Source: the human T2T-CHM13v2.0 reference genome, Homo sapiens
Strand: one strand, 5' to 3'
Length of the DNA: 64,000 nucleotides
Assembly (NCBI RefSeq): GCF_009914755.1
Contig: NC_060935.1
Shown piece after piece: positions 1 through 14,517 of the stretch. Below the pieces are notes generated by a model. The model was not told the origin of the DNA and did not search any database. It worked only from the letters and a program-made list of their open reading frames with translations. The position numbers were made by a program, and so were the translations under genes. Numbering within the stretch: position 1 is the first letter of the stretch; every line of letters begins with the position of its first letter.

Positions 1-794
1 TAGTAGAGAGAATGTCATTCTGTAGATATATAGCTGTGAAAAGCCACTCTGCAACCTTTGAAAATTAGAATTTTCTGCTCCCTTAGAATTCTCTATTAAT
101 TCTATTTTACTATTAGACATTTGCATAATTATTAAAATAACTCAAAAATATTAAGCAAAGATCAAGGTAATTTCTGAGCCTTTGTAACAAAGCTGATGAA
201 GATTCTGATGATTCAATTATCATTATACAGAAAGCTAGAGAACTGTGGGTTACCACAGAATATTGTGTGGCATCTGAGCCATCCTCTCAAGTTGCTACCT
301 ATGAAGACTCATTTTTCCGATCAGACAGGTCTATTGACTGCCATTCAATTATGCACAAATATATTTATTGGCAAACTATGTACTGAGTGTATTTTCTTAA
401 ACATTCCACATTTATTCCTATTTCTGGGCTCTGATTAGACCATTCCTCAAATCTGTAGCCTACTTTTCTTGACCTATCTAGTTTGTACACAAACTTCAAG
501 ACTAGTTTCAGTTTTGACCTCCTCCATAAACTATGCCCAGGTCATGTCTGTCTATAACTATCACTCCAAAATCTAATTATGAATACCATTTCCCAACTTG
601 GCATTCAGTGACCTCAGGTCGGTATCCTGAAATCAGCCATGGTGAGAGTATTTACACCATGAAATTGGCAAATGGTACACGTCAGGGCTTTTATTCCAAA
701 AGACCTAGTTGTTAAAATAATGGCCAACACACCACTGCTCTAATCTATTAACTCACAGCACATTCTTTCTATGTCCCTTATTTTGGACACATCA

Positions 795-3745
795 ATTATC
801 TTTTTATTTTTATCTCCTCATCTGTTAACTGTTTTCTTGGCTGCAGGAAGCTTTTTTGTTTAATGTAATCCTGTTTGTATATTTTTTATTTTCGTTGCCT
901 GTGCTTTGAGGATCATTTCCAAAAATATTGCCCAGACCCATGTCATGGAGCGTTCCCCCCATTTTCTTCTAGCAGTTTCACAGTTTCAGGTCTTACACTT
1001 AAGTCTTTAACCCATTTTGATTTGATTTTTATATATGGTGTGAGATAAGTGTCTAATTTCATTATTCTGAATGTGACTATCCAGTGGTCTCATCACAATA
1101 TATTGATGAGCCTATCCATTGTGTATTTGTGGCATCTTTGTTGAAAATCAATCATAAATGCTTGACTTTATTTCTGGGATGTCTATTCTTTTCCATTGGT
1201 CAATATGTCTGTTTCTATGCCAGTACTATTCTGTGATAATTACTACAGCTTTGTAGTATATTTTGCAGTCAGATACTGTGATTCTCCTGCTTTGTTTTTA
1301 TTACTCAAGATTGCTTTGGCTATTCAGGATCATTTGTGGTTGCATAAATATTTTAGAATTGTTTCATTTCTGTGAAAAACATCATTAGAATTTTGGTAGG
1401 GATTGCATTGAAACTGCAGATTGCTTTAGGTAGTATCAACATTTTAATAATATTCTTTCTTCCAAATTTTGTATTTTATTATTTTTATTTATTTATTTAT
1501 TTATTTTTGAGACAGAGTCTCACTCTGTCACCCAGACTGGAGTGCAGTGACGTGATCTTGGCTCACTCCCACCTCCACCTCCCAGGTTCAAGCGAGTCTT
1601 GTGCCTCAGCCTCCTGAGTTGCTGGGATTACAGGCACACACCACCATATCTGGCTAATTTTTGTATTTTTAGTAGAAATGGGGTTTCACCATGTTGGCCA
1701 GGCTGGTCTCGAACTCCTGACCTCAAGTGATCCACTCGTCTCAGACTTCAGATTGCTGGGATTACAGTCTTGAGCCACTGCTCCCAGCCAATTCTTCCAA
1801 TTTTTGAAGAAGAGATATATTTCAGTTTATTTGTATCTCCTTAAATTCCTTTCATCAATATTTTATAGTTTTCAGTGTATAGCTATTTTACTTCCTTGTT
1901 TAAATTTATTCCTAAGAATTTTTAAAATTTTTATTTTTAATTAACAACTAATGGTATATATTTAGTAAGTACAATGTGATGTTTTGATCTATACATTTTT
2001 GTGATGCTATTGTAAATTGATTGTTTCCTTCACTTTTTTTGGATAGTTCATTGTTAGTGTATGGAAATGCTACTGATTTCTGTATCTTGTTTTTGTATCC
2101 TGTAACCTTACTGAAGTCATTTTTTAATTTTTAATAGAATTTTAGCAGATTTCTTAGGGTTTTCAGTATACACAATCATGTCTGCAAACCGGGACCATTT
2201 AATTTCTTCCTTTCTAATTTGGATACATTTCATTTCTTTTTCTTAGCTAATTGCTCTAGCTAGGACTTACAGTATTTGTTGATTAGTCATGGTGAGAGTG
2301 GGTATCCTTGTCTTCTTCCTGATATGAGACAAAAGAAGTTCTACTTTTTGCCATGAAGTATGATGTTAGCATTGGGTTTGTCATATATGCAAACTTTATT
2401 GTATTGAGGTACGTTCCATCTATACCTAATTTTTTGAGAGTATTATCACAAAAGGATGTTAAACTTGTTGAATACTTTTTTCTATTAATACAGCTATTAA
2501 AATGATCATATGATCATGTGATTTTTCACAAATATAACTGTGAAATTTGTATATTAACTATCCTTGCATCTTTGGGATAATCCCTCTTGATGATAGTGAA
2601 CCAGCCTTCTGTTGAATTCACTGTCAAATTCAGTGTTTTAGTATTCTTTGAAGAGTTTTGCATCTATGTTCATTAGGAATATTGGCCTGTAATTTTGTTT
2701 TGTCATACTCTCCTAGTCTGGCTTTGGTATCAAGGTAAAGCTGGCCTTCTGAAATGAGTTTGAAAGTATTCTCGCCACTTAAATATTTTGGAAGAGTTTT
2801 TGATGGATTTGTATTAGTTCTTTAAATGTTGGCAGAACTTATCTCTGAAGCCATCAAGTCCTAAGCTTTTCTCTGATGGAATAATTTTTATTACTAATTC
2901 ACTCTCTGTACTCATTATTGGTCTATTAAGATTTTCTATTTTTTCATGATTCAGTTTTGGACATTGTGTGTTTCTTGGAATTTATCTATTTTCTTCTAGT
3001 TTACCCAATTCGTTGTTCTTAGTAGTCTCTTATGATTTTTATATTTCTGTGGTATCTGTTGTAATGTCTCCTCTTTCATTTCTAATTTTATTTATTTGCA
3101 TCTTCTTTTTTTTCTTATTCTGGATAAAGGTATGTCAATTTTGTTTACCTTGTTAAAAACCAACTCTTAGCTTCATTTATCTTTTGTGCTATTTTCATTT
3201 ACTTCTTCTCTGATGTTTATTATTTCCTTCCTTCTGTTAACTTTAGGCATAGTTTGACCTTTATTTTCAGTTTTTTGAAGTACAGCATTGGATTATGTAT
3301 TTGAAATATTTTTTGTTAATGTAGGCATTTATTGTTATAAATATCCTTCTTAAAAATGCTTTTGCTGCATCCCATAAGTTTTAGTAGTTTGTGTTTCCAT
3401 TTTCTCTTCTCTAAAGGTTTTAAATTTCCTTTTTAATGTTTTAATTGACCCATTTGTTGTTCAGAAACATATTTTTAAGTTTCTATGTATTTGTGAATTT
3501 TTTGAAATTCTTTCTATTGTTGATTTCTAGTTGCATACCATTTTGGTCAGAAAAGATACTTGATTATTTCAGTCTTCTTAAATTTGTTAAGACTTGTTTT
3601 GTGTCTAACCATATGATCTATCCTTATGATAAACCATGTGTGTGACAATAATGCACATTTTCTGTTGCTGTTAGAATGTTCTGTATACATCTGTCGGGTC
3701 CATTTGATCTAAAATGTGGTGTAAGCCCTATGTTTCTCTATTGAG
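795..3745 (-). mobile_element. Old LINE-1 (L1M/L1MA-type) ORF2 fragment, interrupted by an Alu
   Basis: Typical antisense L1 ORF2 motifs (gggattgcattgaa, gagagtgggtatccttgtct, gctgcatcccataagttt, cagaaaagatacttgat); heavily decayed. Confidence 0.88.
1471..1789 (-). mobile_element. AluS element
   Basis: (TATT)n tail, gagacagagtctcactctgtcacccag...gagccactgctcccagcc; TSD-like ttcttccaa(a)tttt on both sides. Confidence 0.95.
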
Positions 3746-3746
3746 T

Positions 3747-3938
3747 AGGGTGGGGTGGAGGGAGAGCATCAGGATGAATAGCTAATGGGTGCTGGGCTTA
3801 ATACCTGGTTGATGGGTTGATCTGTGAAGCAAACCACCCTGGCAAACGTTTACCTACATAACAAACATGTACATCCTGCACATGTACCCTGAACTTAAAA
3901 TGAAAGCTGGAAATCAAAAAATAAAAATAAAAATAAAA
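3747..3938 (+). mobile_element. L1PA (older primate) 3' end with A-rich tail
   Basis: gggagagcatcagga...gggcttaatacctgg...cacatgtaccctgaacttaaaa followed by (TAAAAA)n. Confidence 0.85.
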
Positions 3939-5382
3939 CATAAAGGATCCAATTGGTAAAAACTATCTAAAACCTATCCTATCACCTAAAAAATATTCAG
4001 AAAATACAAAAAGTGGAGAAAGAAACAAAATAACAAAATTAATGATATTTCCTTTTTGTGAAATTTCTATTTACTTCCTTTGCTATTTTATATTACATTT
4101 TGGTTTTATTATTGCATTGTATAGGTTGTTCACAATTTTTAAAAATTAGTTCTTTTTGTCATAAACATTATAAATATTTTTTGGTTATTATCTTTTAATG
4201 TTTTAATGGTACTTTTTTGCTATTCAGAAGTTATTCCTTTTCATATGGTTTCTTTTTAATTCAGTCATTTGTTCATGGCTTTAAGGTCATGAACATTTGT
4301 TTCTTATACAGTAGTACTATCTGTAAAAAGAGTGAATTGCTCTAAATCTCTAATTTTCTTTCTGGACTTTGCAACTGGATAATCTCTTTTTGAAGAAATG
4401 ACAGTAATACATTAGTACAGTTGCAGGTCTTTATTGGGATTTTTAGTTACAGCTTAATCATGCTTTTAGTTATGATTAATAGGTAAGTTACAAATAGAGA
4501 AGTTCAATTTATAGTTAAAATTATTTTTCTCCTCTATTCAGTTTAAGGTTTGACAAGGGACTCTAAGCTGTTCTCAGGTTTGTAAAAACAAACAAACAAA
4601 AAACTTTCTGGCGTGGATATGGGGTTGAAAAGTTTGAGAAGGTTGAAGACTCCAAAAGAAAGAATTGGTTGAAGAGTTGTTTATTCTGTTTCTACACAAA
4701 CATCAGATTTGGGAAAAACTAAAGACAAGGGTATCTGGGTCATTAAATCAGCCTAACACTACAACAGCCATCAAGCAAAGCTGATGGTGTCTGTAAATGC
4801 TCTTCAACTTGGATGGTGGGAGAGGGTGTAGAAAGCATGAAGAACTATTTAAGAACATACTAAGTTCCAGGTCTTGTGACAGAAATTTTTCATATGTTAC
4901 TTCTACAGATGTGACCTGCCTCAGGAAGAAATGTCTGCCTCATACACTTAAATTTACCCTCGTATGTACTCTTGTCTACCCTGTGGATCCTCCTCATGCT
5001 GTACTCTGCTTACTTGCCTGTTTTCTTAACAGTGTTCACCATTAGTTCTGCATTGATCATATCTAGTTTGTTCATAGTTTTATTGCTAGGACCTAACAAA
5101 ATGTCAAGAAATACGATATGTGTCTGATAAATATTTAAGCCCTTTAAATATTATATTCAATCATTCATTCATATTTATTAATTCAATGAATCTATTCACT
5201 CATTAATTCATTTAGAAAATACTTATTGAGCTCCTGACACTATACTAGGCAATAGGTTATAGCAGTTAACAAAAACCTCAAAAGCTTAAGTTATTATCAA
5301 TATTATTTCAGTTAATTCTTACAATTAACTAAAATTGTATCACTACAATTATATAAAGTATTGCAGTCCATTTGTATAGATG

Positions 5383-5513
5383 TTAATATAATTTAATATA
5401 TTAATATATTTTATATTATATATTACTATAATAGATATTATATAGTACATTTTATATACTATATAATATAGTATATACTATACATATATATATTTCATAT
5501 TAATATAATAGTG
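5383..5513. repeat. (TA)-rich low-complexity tract between 51-bp direct repeats
   Basis: Almost pure A/T; flanking repeats at 5332-5382 and 5514-5564. Confidence 0.85.
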
Positions 5514-5791
5514 AAATTGTCTCACTACAATTATGTAACGTATTGCAGTCCATTTTTATAGATGAGAAGACTGAAGATAAAGAAAAAATAATTCACTTTT
5601 CTTTAAATGGATACTAAAAGATGATACCACGTTTTGAACCCAGATTTTTTGAGCAATTTAAATCACATTATACTGTTTCCAACCATAGATTATATCATAA
5701 ATATTTTGGCATAGTGAAGAGCATGGAAAGAGTCAGGTTGGATACACTTCTGAAGAAGATAAAGATATGTTATTATTTCAGAGAAAGATGA

Positions 5792-6164
<373 letters not shown>

Positions 6165-9100
6165 TCTTTATTGACTTTATAGCACATAGACCTGCTAGTG
6201 TGGAAGGACTTTGGTGAAGGTGGTCATTTGGATCTTGGAGATAAACTAGAGAGCTCTATTCTGACAACTAGCATTTCAGAAATTTTTCCATGTAGAACAT
6301 TGTGTCAGGAGTGGTTAATGGCAGTGTGGGCCAATGGAAGAAAACTTTTTTTACATTTAGAATCTGTTAATTAGTATCCCTGGGAGTTCAGATAAATAAT
6401 GTAGCTTTTTTGAGACTTATTTTCTTCATCACTAAAATGGGAATCCCTAAAGAGGTCCTGACCAACTCAGAAGTTATAGAAATCAAAGAAGGTATGCATC
6501 TAAAATGCTCTCTATAAAGAGTAGGGAGCATAGTGTGGTAATGAATTAAAGAGTCAGAGAGACCTCGACTGAGATATGAGTCAGTTAACCACTCAATCAT
6601 GGAGCCTCTGCTCTATATAATGGATATCACATAATTCCACCTTCGTCAGCGTGTTGGAAGTATTTTAAATAACACTCAGGTGATACTGAATAATAAGATG
6701 CTACAATAATTATCATTCTCCAACAATTTGAATAACTATTCTTCAAAAATTTGTTATTCTCAAAAGTTTGTAGGTTTTGCATTATTCCAGAGCGGGCATG
6801 GCAAAGGAATACAGTGCTTTATTGGGGTTTAGAGGTCCCAATCAGTTGATATAAATGTTACAGGGTAGTATTAATGTTTTAGAAGATTCCGTTTTATTGT
6901 TTTATCTATTCATTCTACATTCATTCAATAAATACTTATTTAGCATGTGTGGGCCACTCACTGGACACTTCAGCTTCTGCATTCTTCCTAAACAGGCATG
7001 TTAATGTACATGCAAATGGGGATTCCACCTATACTTATAAGTCAAGAGGTAGTTCAAGCATCACCTTGTCAGTGCAGCTTTCTCCACTTCCCCAAGGTCC
7101 TTACTCCAGTCTTTTGAGTCTCCAAGAATTTGGGGGCTAACCTTTTATGTCAAGCTTAAGACATTGTATTAGAATTGTATTATTATGAATTATATTATAA
7201 TTGTCCAGTTTACCTAGCAAGATCTTGAATTATAATTTCAATTCTCATTTTATCTATCACATCTTTGTATCTGTAGTTTTCTGTGCTCAGGGTAATTCCC
7301 AGCACACAATGTTTAATCGAATTAATAAAGTGTAACAATGTCCAACTGCAGTGTGTTAACTAGCAAACTGGCTAAGAAATGTAGTTGAAATATACTCTCT
7401 GCTGTCATTTCTCAAAGCATTCTATAAATACATTTAGTGAACTCTTGCATACAATGGAAAATTCAGTAACCATTAAAATTATGTGTATTTATAATTGTTG
7501 GGTTTTAAAATATTTATTATTTATTATTAAATAAGGAAGGTTATAGAATAGGATATTTAAAAATATTCCATTTCAAAAGCATATGCATGTATATTCAAAC
7601 GCAAATATATCTATTAATAGAGGTGAGAAGGGTATAAAAATGTTGGTAATGGACCCCTGGTTGGTAGAATTATGCATAAATTTTATTTCCTTTGTGTTTT
7701 ACAAATTTTAAAACTTTTTTGCAACAGATATGTACATTTTTGCAATAATATCAAAAATAGAGGCTATTTCCAAAACTGCACAGATAAATAAGCAAACAAA
7801 CATACAAAAGGGTAGAGAGGGATATTTTATCATTTGCCTATACTCTTAAAGTTGCTTAAACTTGTGTTTGTTTCCTTTTATCTATTTTTATTAAAGTAAT
7901 TACTGGTGACTCATATTTTACAGAATTATCTCTCTCATAGATTGATTCAATAAAGAGATCTACTAGGCAGTTGAGCTCCAGGTCCTGCATTTTTCCTGAC
8001 ATACTCTGTATTTCTCTCTGTCCAGCTCCAGCTTCTGAAATGCCCTCTCAGCTTAGCACGGCCTGCTTATGGCGAGAACCATGTATTCAATGGCTCCTCC
8101 TTATTTCTGCAAGTCTTCAAATTCTCCTTTTGGTAATTCTCTGCATGGAATTAACTCTTGCAAATCCATGTCTCACTTTTGTGTGACCTATTTTGTCTTA
8201 TGCTACACATTGTCCATGTTTTAGCAGTAGATTGGAAGCTTTTATGTGCATAGCCTTCCCAAGAGGAAAGTAAAAGGTTGGTGCTAGATGGTGCACCTTC
8301 GATAAATGTCAGAACAGCAAAAAAAGGGCTTTAGAAATATTTCCTTCTTTGCACATTCCCATTCAAGAATGGCTTATACAGAAAAAAAACAAGCACACCT
8401 CTGCACATATGCATTCCTTCATCTGTTAATTCAACTAACATTAAGTACCCTTTATGTGTCATGTGTTATATTAGACCATGGGGATGAAGTGATTACTAAA
8501 TACTATTATTCTCCAACTAGTTTCCTCGAGGGCAGATATGTCAACAACTAAGTAATGTAAAGCAAAACGTAACTCTGCAGTAATAGTGGCTCAATAGGAC
8601 AGGATATTTGGAAGTGAGAAAAAGAGCACCAAAGAACGGGGACCACAGGAGTAGTCCTCTTTAACCCCTGAATCTGCAGCACCTATCACTATGCCTAGCA
8701 TAAGATAGTCAATGAATAGCCGTTTGATACTATTGTTTGGAATACAATTTTATGACTGGTGGTTCTGTGAAGAATGAGTAGATTTTTTACTTGTGACATT
8801 TGTGTGTAAAAACAGTCAATATATAGAGAACAAAACAAAAAGGTGTAGAAATATGTGGTTGAAAGAAACTTCAGAAAAGTCAATAGTTACAACATTACAA
8901 AAATACTAAAAACAAAACTAAGGTTTATTGTGTGCTTACTACACACCAAATTCTAAGCGCATCACATGAATTGACTCATTCAATCAATAGTTACAGAAGA
9001 ATAGACTGAAATTCCGAGAGGTTAAGTAACCAGTACTAAATACTGTTTCATAAAGGGTTTAGATGGAGGCTTAATAGAAGGAAAGTGTATATTGGATATA

Positions 9101-9295
9101 GACAAAGAAAGTATACTCTTCCTCCAACAAGGGAGCAGGAACTATCAGGATAAGGGATTATTTTGAACACTAGTCAAGCAGTGCAGTTACTGCTGCAGGA
9201 GGCATTCCAAGCAAAGCAAGTTGATAAAAAATTTAGCATGCTCAGTTGGGGCAGGCAGACAGGGAAATGAGGATTAAGAAGAATCTGGAGGAACA

Positions 9296-9609
9296 GGCTG
9301 GGCGTGGTGGCTCACGCCTGTAATCCCAGCACTTTGGGAGGCCAAGGCGGGCGGATTATGAGGTCAGGAGATCAAGACCATCCTGGCTAACATGGTGAAA
9401 CTCGGTCTCTACTAAAAATACAAAAAATTAGCTGGGCTTGGTGGTGGGCACCTGTAGTCCCAGCTACTTGGGAGGCTGAGGCAGGAGAATGGAGTGAACC
9501 TGGAGGCGGAGCTTGCAATGAGCCAAGATCACGCTACTGCACTCCAGCCCGGGCGACAGAGCAAGACTCCATCTCAAAAAAACAAACAAACAAACAAAAA
9601 AAACAAAAC
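9296..9609 (+). mobile_element. AluY element
   Basis: Diagnostic gaccatcctggctaac, gagaatgg-gtgaacc and gcggagcttgca; (CAAA)n tail; TSD agaatctg(aa)gaggaaca. Confidence 0.93.
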
Positions 9610-9864
9610 AGAATCTGAAGAGGAACAAACAGTGGGCCAAAATTTAAGGGTGGGGAGATGTGCCATTTAGCATGCTCAGAAGCTTGGGCCAGCAGTTTTA
9701 ACTGATTCTTAAATACTCCGATGTGGCTGGGGCTCATAGGAGTCAACCTGACTGGACAGGCACTAGCTTAGGAACTGAGACCGAGGTATAAAAGGCAGGA
9801 CATGACATCCACCACTAAAACTCACAGTCTAGATACTAAATTCTAACTGTGAAGAGGAATCCTG

Positions 9865-10030
9865 TAGTGGAAGGATCATGAAACCTGGAGTCAGAAGTTC
9901 CGTGATTATGTCCTGGGTCTGCTTCATGCTTCTTTTGTGTGATCTTAGGAAAGTTGCAGATCTCCAAGCCTAATTTTCCTCACTTACAAAAAGGCAGTAA
10001 TAATACTACTTTCCTCATAAGAACCTGAGT
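9865..10030 (+). mobile_element. MIR
   Basis: ctggagtcagaag...tgtgtgatcttaggaaagtt...ttttcctcacttacaaaaaggcagtaataatac core. Confidence 0.7.
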
Positions 10031-11634
10031 TCATACTTTATAAACTATAACACATTAACAAAGACTAGCTCCTGTAAAGAGCTAAAGTATAAGGGGCTTA
10101 AAAAAATATTCAATGCTTTTGTTCTTTACTCACTGTACTCTAAATGCTCTCCAGTATTGGCATCACCTCACTGATTCTCCCTTAGCGTGTCTCTTAAATG
10201 TGTAGGAATCTAGTTTAGGTGCAAACCTGAAACAATACATTCCAGGAATGGCCAGCCTGCCTCCCTCCTTAGCTACAGATTAATTACATCTTCTGGAGTG
10301 ACATTTTGGCTGTATTTTCCAGTGAGGCTTCTCTTCTACTCTACTCCCCAAGCCTCCCCTTGGCCATCCTGCTAAGAAGACTGTCCTAACCCACATGCCT
10401 TCAAACCAGACGCCTTGCCAACTTGGCAGCCCAGAAACAGTCCAACCAGAAGGGCGGCAGTAAGAAAGGTCCCTGGGGCTTCAGGAATGAACAGCAGATT
10501 GCTTCCCTGCTGGTGACTGCAAGGCTGAAGCTTGCTCAGAAAGGCAGAAATCTCAGGGTTATGGGGGTAGGTAAGCTTGGAAACCAGAAAAATGTCTTAA
10601 AGTCTATTCTAGCAATCAGATGGGATGGCAGAGGAGGACCTATCTGTTTCTGGGTTTCTTTTCACACTGTTGGATTGTGACCAGCTTTAAAAACTGCTCC
10701 CTGATTTGTTCTCTAAAGCAGAATTAATGCCCTAGAACAAAGAGCGGTTATACCATTATAGTCATATTTGTCTATATTCTGACAGCTGTTTTTCTTTTTG
10801 ATGTTATTGTTAGATTTAGCTCTTATACCACTCTGTGCTTGTTAGACTGATTCATGGTTTGTCCATCTCTCCCACTAAATCATGGGTTCGTGGCAGACAG
10901 CATCTATGTATCGATCATTTTTAGCACCTAGCACAGAACCTAGCACATAGGAGACATTCATTACATACTTATTAGACTAAGTTGTTGTATAATTGATAAC
11001 TCTGAGGCAGGCAGGCATCGACTGGGTTATCAGTAGCATTTTGTTGTGGAGTGAAATATTAATCTAAGAGAGTTGAATTGCTTTCTATCAAGTGATGAAG
11101 ACATCATGTACTATAACTAACAACCTAAAGAATGTTCCTACAACAATGTAGCTGCTCTTTGTAGGATTAATATATTCTAGTACTAGGAAAGTTAAATTGC
11201 TTAAATTAAAATATTGATAACTTAAAAAGCTTAAAGGCAGGGGGAAAAAGAAACATGACTTGTCATTATTGCTGAAATCTTAAAGAGAATTTCAAGATCA
11301 TAATTCAAATTGTTTATTTTACAAAAAAGGAAATTGGGGCCCAGAGAAGATGATGTGCCCAAAGGCACACAGTTTTCTGCAAAGCGGAGGGAAGAGTGTC
11401 AACCTCTTGCCCTGCAGATTAGGAGATCCTGGGGGCAATGTGGAATATACTCAACATAGCAGGAGGATATTTAGGCAGACAGAAGCAGCATGACTGTAGG
11501 ATAGATCTTTACCATAATTATTTCGAGAGCCAAATGTCAGACCCACTGAAATAGCACCAAATATCAGAGCCAAGGGATGAACAGAGCTCTAAAGTAAATC
11601 AAAAGCCCAGAAATCAGGAGACTAAGAGGCAGTA

Positions 11635-11865
11635 AATCATGTGATTAAGATCATAGATTTTAGCATCAGACATGCCTCATTTTGAATCCCAAACCTGCTA
11701 CATCTAGCTACATAATCTCTGGCAAGCTGCTTATTCTTCCCTAAGCCTTCTTTTTCTCAGCCATAAAATGGTGCTAATATTTGTAGCCATCTAAAGTTAC
11801 AGCTTTGATTTTTAGTATGATATTGTGAAAATATATATGTAACAATGTTCTTAGCACACAATTAC
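11635..11865 (+). mobile_element. MIR
   Basis: tcagacatgcctcattttgaatccc...ggcaagctgctta...aaaatggtgctaata...cttagcaca. Confidence 0.65.
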
Positions 11866-11869
11866 TAGA

Positions 11870-13690
11870 TAGACAAGGAACTTGCTATTAAAATATTTGC
11901 ATTCTAGTGAGGAGAAACATAAGCAAACCAGAAAAGAAATAAATAAGCACAAAATTCAGTTAAGCACTATGATGTGATATAATATCTATATATTTTATAA
12001 AGAATTACTTGGGAGAAGGTTCCAGTTGAGATAGGCTACCTATAGCTGGCTTCTCTGAGGAAATGACCTGTAATTTGACACTGAGACCACGGAGAAGAGG
12101 TAGCCATAGAAATCCCTCTGGGACAAGATTTTTAGGAAGCAGAAGGCACACATTTAAAGGTCCCATGGCATAAAAGAGCTTGTCTTGCTTCAGGTTTGGA
12201 AAGGAGACTAGAAAAGCTAAATACGGTAAACAAGAGGAACTTGGTGCAATATGAGATTGAAGAGATCAGCAGAGATCAATAGAGCCCTAAGTACAGTATA
12301 GAGGAAAGAGTTTAAATTATTTTAATCCAGGTGCTGAAATAATTTTTAGATTGACATTTTTAAAAGTTGTCTTGGCTATTGTGACAAATAGACTGTTAGA
12401 GTGAAAACTTCAAAAGTGACATGGATTACTCTATTGCATTGGTCTAAATGAGAAATGATGGTGATTTCAACCACAGAGGTGACAATGGAGCTATTGGGAA
12501 ACAGAAAACCGAACCTTATGTATTTCAGAGGTAAAACCAACAGGGCTTGTTAATGGACTATGTGATAATATAGATGTAGTTAGTAATTTTAAAAATAAAG
12601 AAAAAAGAGTAATCAAAGATTACTCCAATAATTAGAAGCATTAGAGAGAAGAGTGGAGATGTTTACTGAAGTAGAAAGGATGGGTAAGTAATAAATTTAG
12701 CAAAGAAAATGAACTAAAGTTCTCTTTGAACATCTTTGGGTCTTTTTAGGATAGGGCAAATAGATACCCGAAAGAGGCTGCCAAGTAGTCAGTTGAATCT
12801 TGGAGTATCAAGCTCAAAAGAGAGAACCAGGTTAGATACATGTATTTGGTAGTTTTAGCCTTATCTATTTAGCATTAATCACTTCGTGTTATTTAATCAT
12901 TTAAGTTTTAAAACTTAATTATTTAGCATTATTTAAAATCAATGGAGTGAATGAGGTCACAGAAATTGAGTATAAACACAGAAGAAAAGGAAGCAGTCTG
13001 GCATACCCCATCATTAAAAGGATGAGCCGATACAGATGAGTCAGCAAAAGCAAAGAAGACAGAGGGTCATTGACCAGTGAGGAAGCAGGAAAAAAAGGAC
13101 ATTAAGCCACAAAAGCCATGTAGCCAAAAAAAAAAAAAAAAAAACAGTGGAAAAATAAATCAGGTACTCTTAAGAGATCCATAAAATGAGGAGAGAAAAG
13201 TACTTGTTGGGTCTGAAAACACAAGGATGATCATGCCCTTGGCAACAGAAAAGTTTCAGTAGAATGGAAGCTTCGGGAGCCAGACTGGAGCAGATTCTAA
13301 ACAAAACTTTTGAAAAGTTTTCACAAAATAAGGAGCATTTTTAAGTGGGAAGCAGGAAAGAGGATATGAACAAGAAAGGAGGATTTGAGATTTCCTTTTT
13401 AAGAGAGAGGATATGTATTAGAGAATGATTATATGTTGTTGAAAATGAAAACATTCAGAGAAAGAGACATAGGAGAAAAAGGAAAAAATTGCCACAGCAA
13501 GGTACTGGAGATGTGAAATCTAAAGCCCAATGGAGAGAGGAGCCTTTGCCATGAGTTGGAAGGAAGCTTCCTTCATGCCTGAATGGAGACACAAGATAGA
13601 GTATAGATGCATGTATTGTTCTTGGACAAATTAGGGTGTACTGATCTAGTTATTTCTATTTTCTGATTCAAGTGTGAAGGGAGGTCATCA
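11870..13690 (-). mobile_element. LINE-2 fragment(s)
   Basis: Purine-rich antisense-L2 motifs (cattctagtgagg, ctctgaggaaatgac, aatgagaaatgatggtga, gttgaatcttggag, gtttcagtagaatgg...gagccagactggag); boundaries approximate. Confidence 0.7.
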
Positions 13691-14144
13691 GTTCTTAAGG
13701 GGCTGGGGGCTGACTAGGAGAATAAGAATTAGAAAGGAAGAGTTTGTGTAAGTTAGAGAAAACAATATTAGACAAATCATCCATTATTTATGTCATTAAA
13801 TATATCAGTGGTCTGAATTTAGGAAGCATGTTGGTCTGGACAACAGGAAAGAACTATAGTGTCATGAGTTTCATTATTATCTGCTTGATATTACACAAGG
13901 CATTTCCATGTAACCATCCTCTTTAATCCTTAAAAATGAATATTAATTATTTCCTTTTTTAAAGTCTGAAGGCGGAGGCAAAGAAAGATTAAATAATTCG
14001 CCCAAAGTTTTAGCACTATTAATTGACTAAAATTAGGACTTTGACTCACTTCTGTCTTACTTTAAATTCCCTGTGTTTTGATTCTGTCATTATATCAATT
14101 AGGAAGTAACTGATAATCATATCAAAAACATTATTTATAGGGTG

Positions 14145-14517
14145 GTATATTAGTTTTCTAGGGCTACCATAACAAAATACCACAGACTAGGTGGCTTAAA
14201 AAACATAAATTTATTTTCTCACAATTCTGGGGACTAGAAATCCAAGATCAAGGTGTCTGCAGGGTTAATTTCTTCTAAGGCCTCTCTCTTTGACTTGTAG
14301 ATGGCCATCTTCTTGCTATGTCTTCATAGGGTCTTCCCTGTCTGTGTGTCTGTGTCCTAAACTTCTCTTCATATAAAGATACCAGTCATATTGCATTAGG
14401 GTTCACCCTAATAAGGTCTTTAAAAACTTTATCTTAAAATACACTCACATTCTGAGGTACTTGGGATTAGGACTTCAACATACAAATGTTGCAGGGAAGC
14501 AATTCAGCCTGTTACAA
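14145..14517 (-). mobile_element. MLT1 (MaLR) solo LTR
   Basis: tattagttttctagggctaccataacaaaataccacagactaggtggcttaa...ccaagatcaaggtgtc...ggattaggacttcaacat...aattcagcctgttaca. Confidence 0.88.

Noticed and set aside
8281-8296. CTCF-like motif gctagatggtgc (also weak matches at ~10445 and ~58118)
   Set aside because: Core positions mismatch the consensus; not supportable without PWM or ChIP data.
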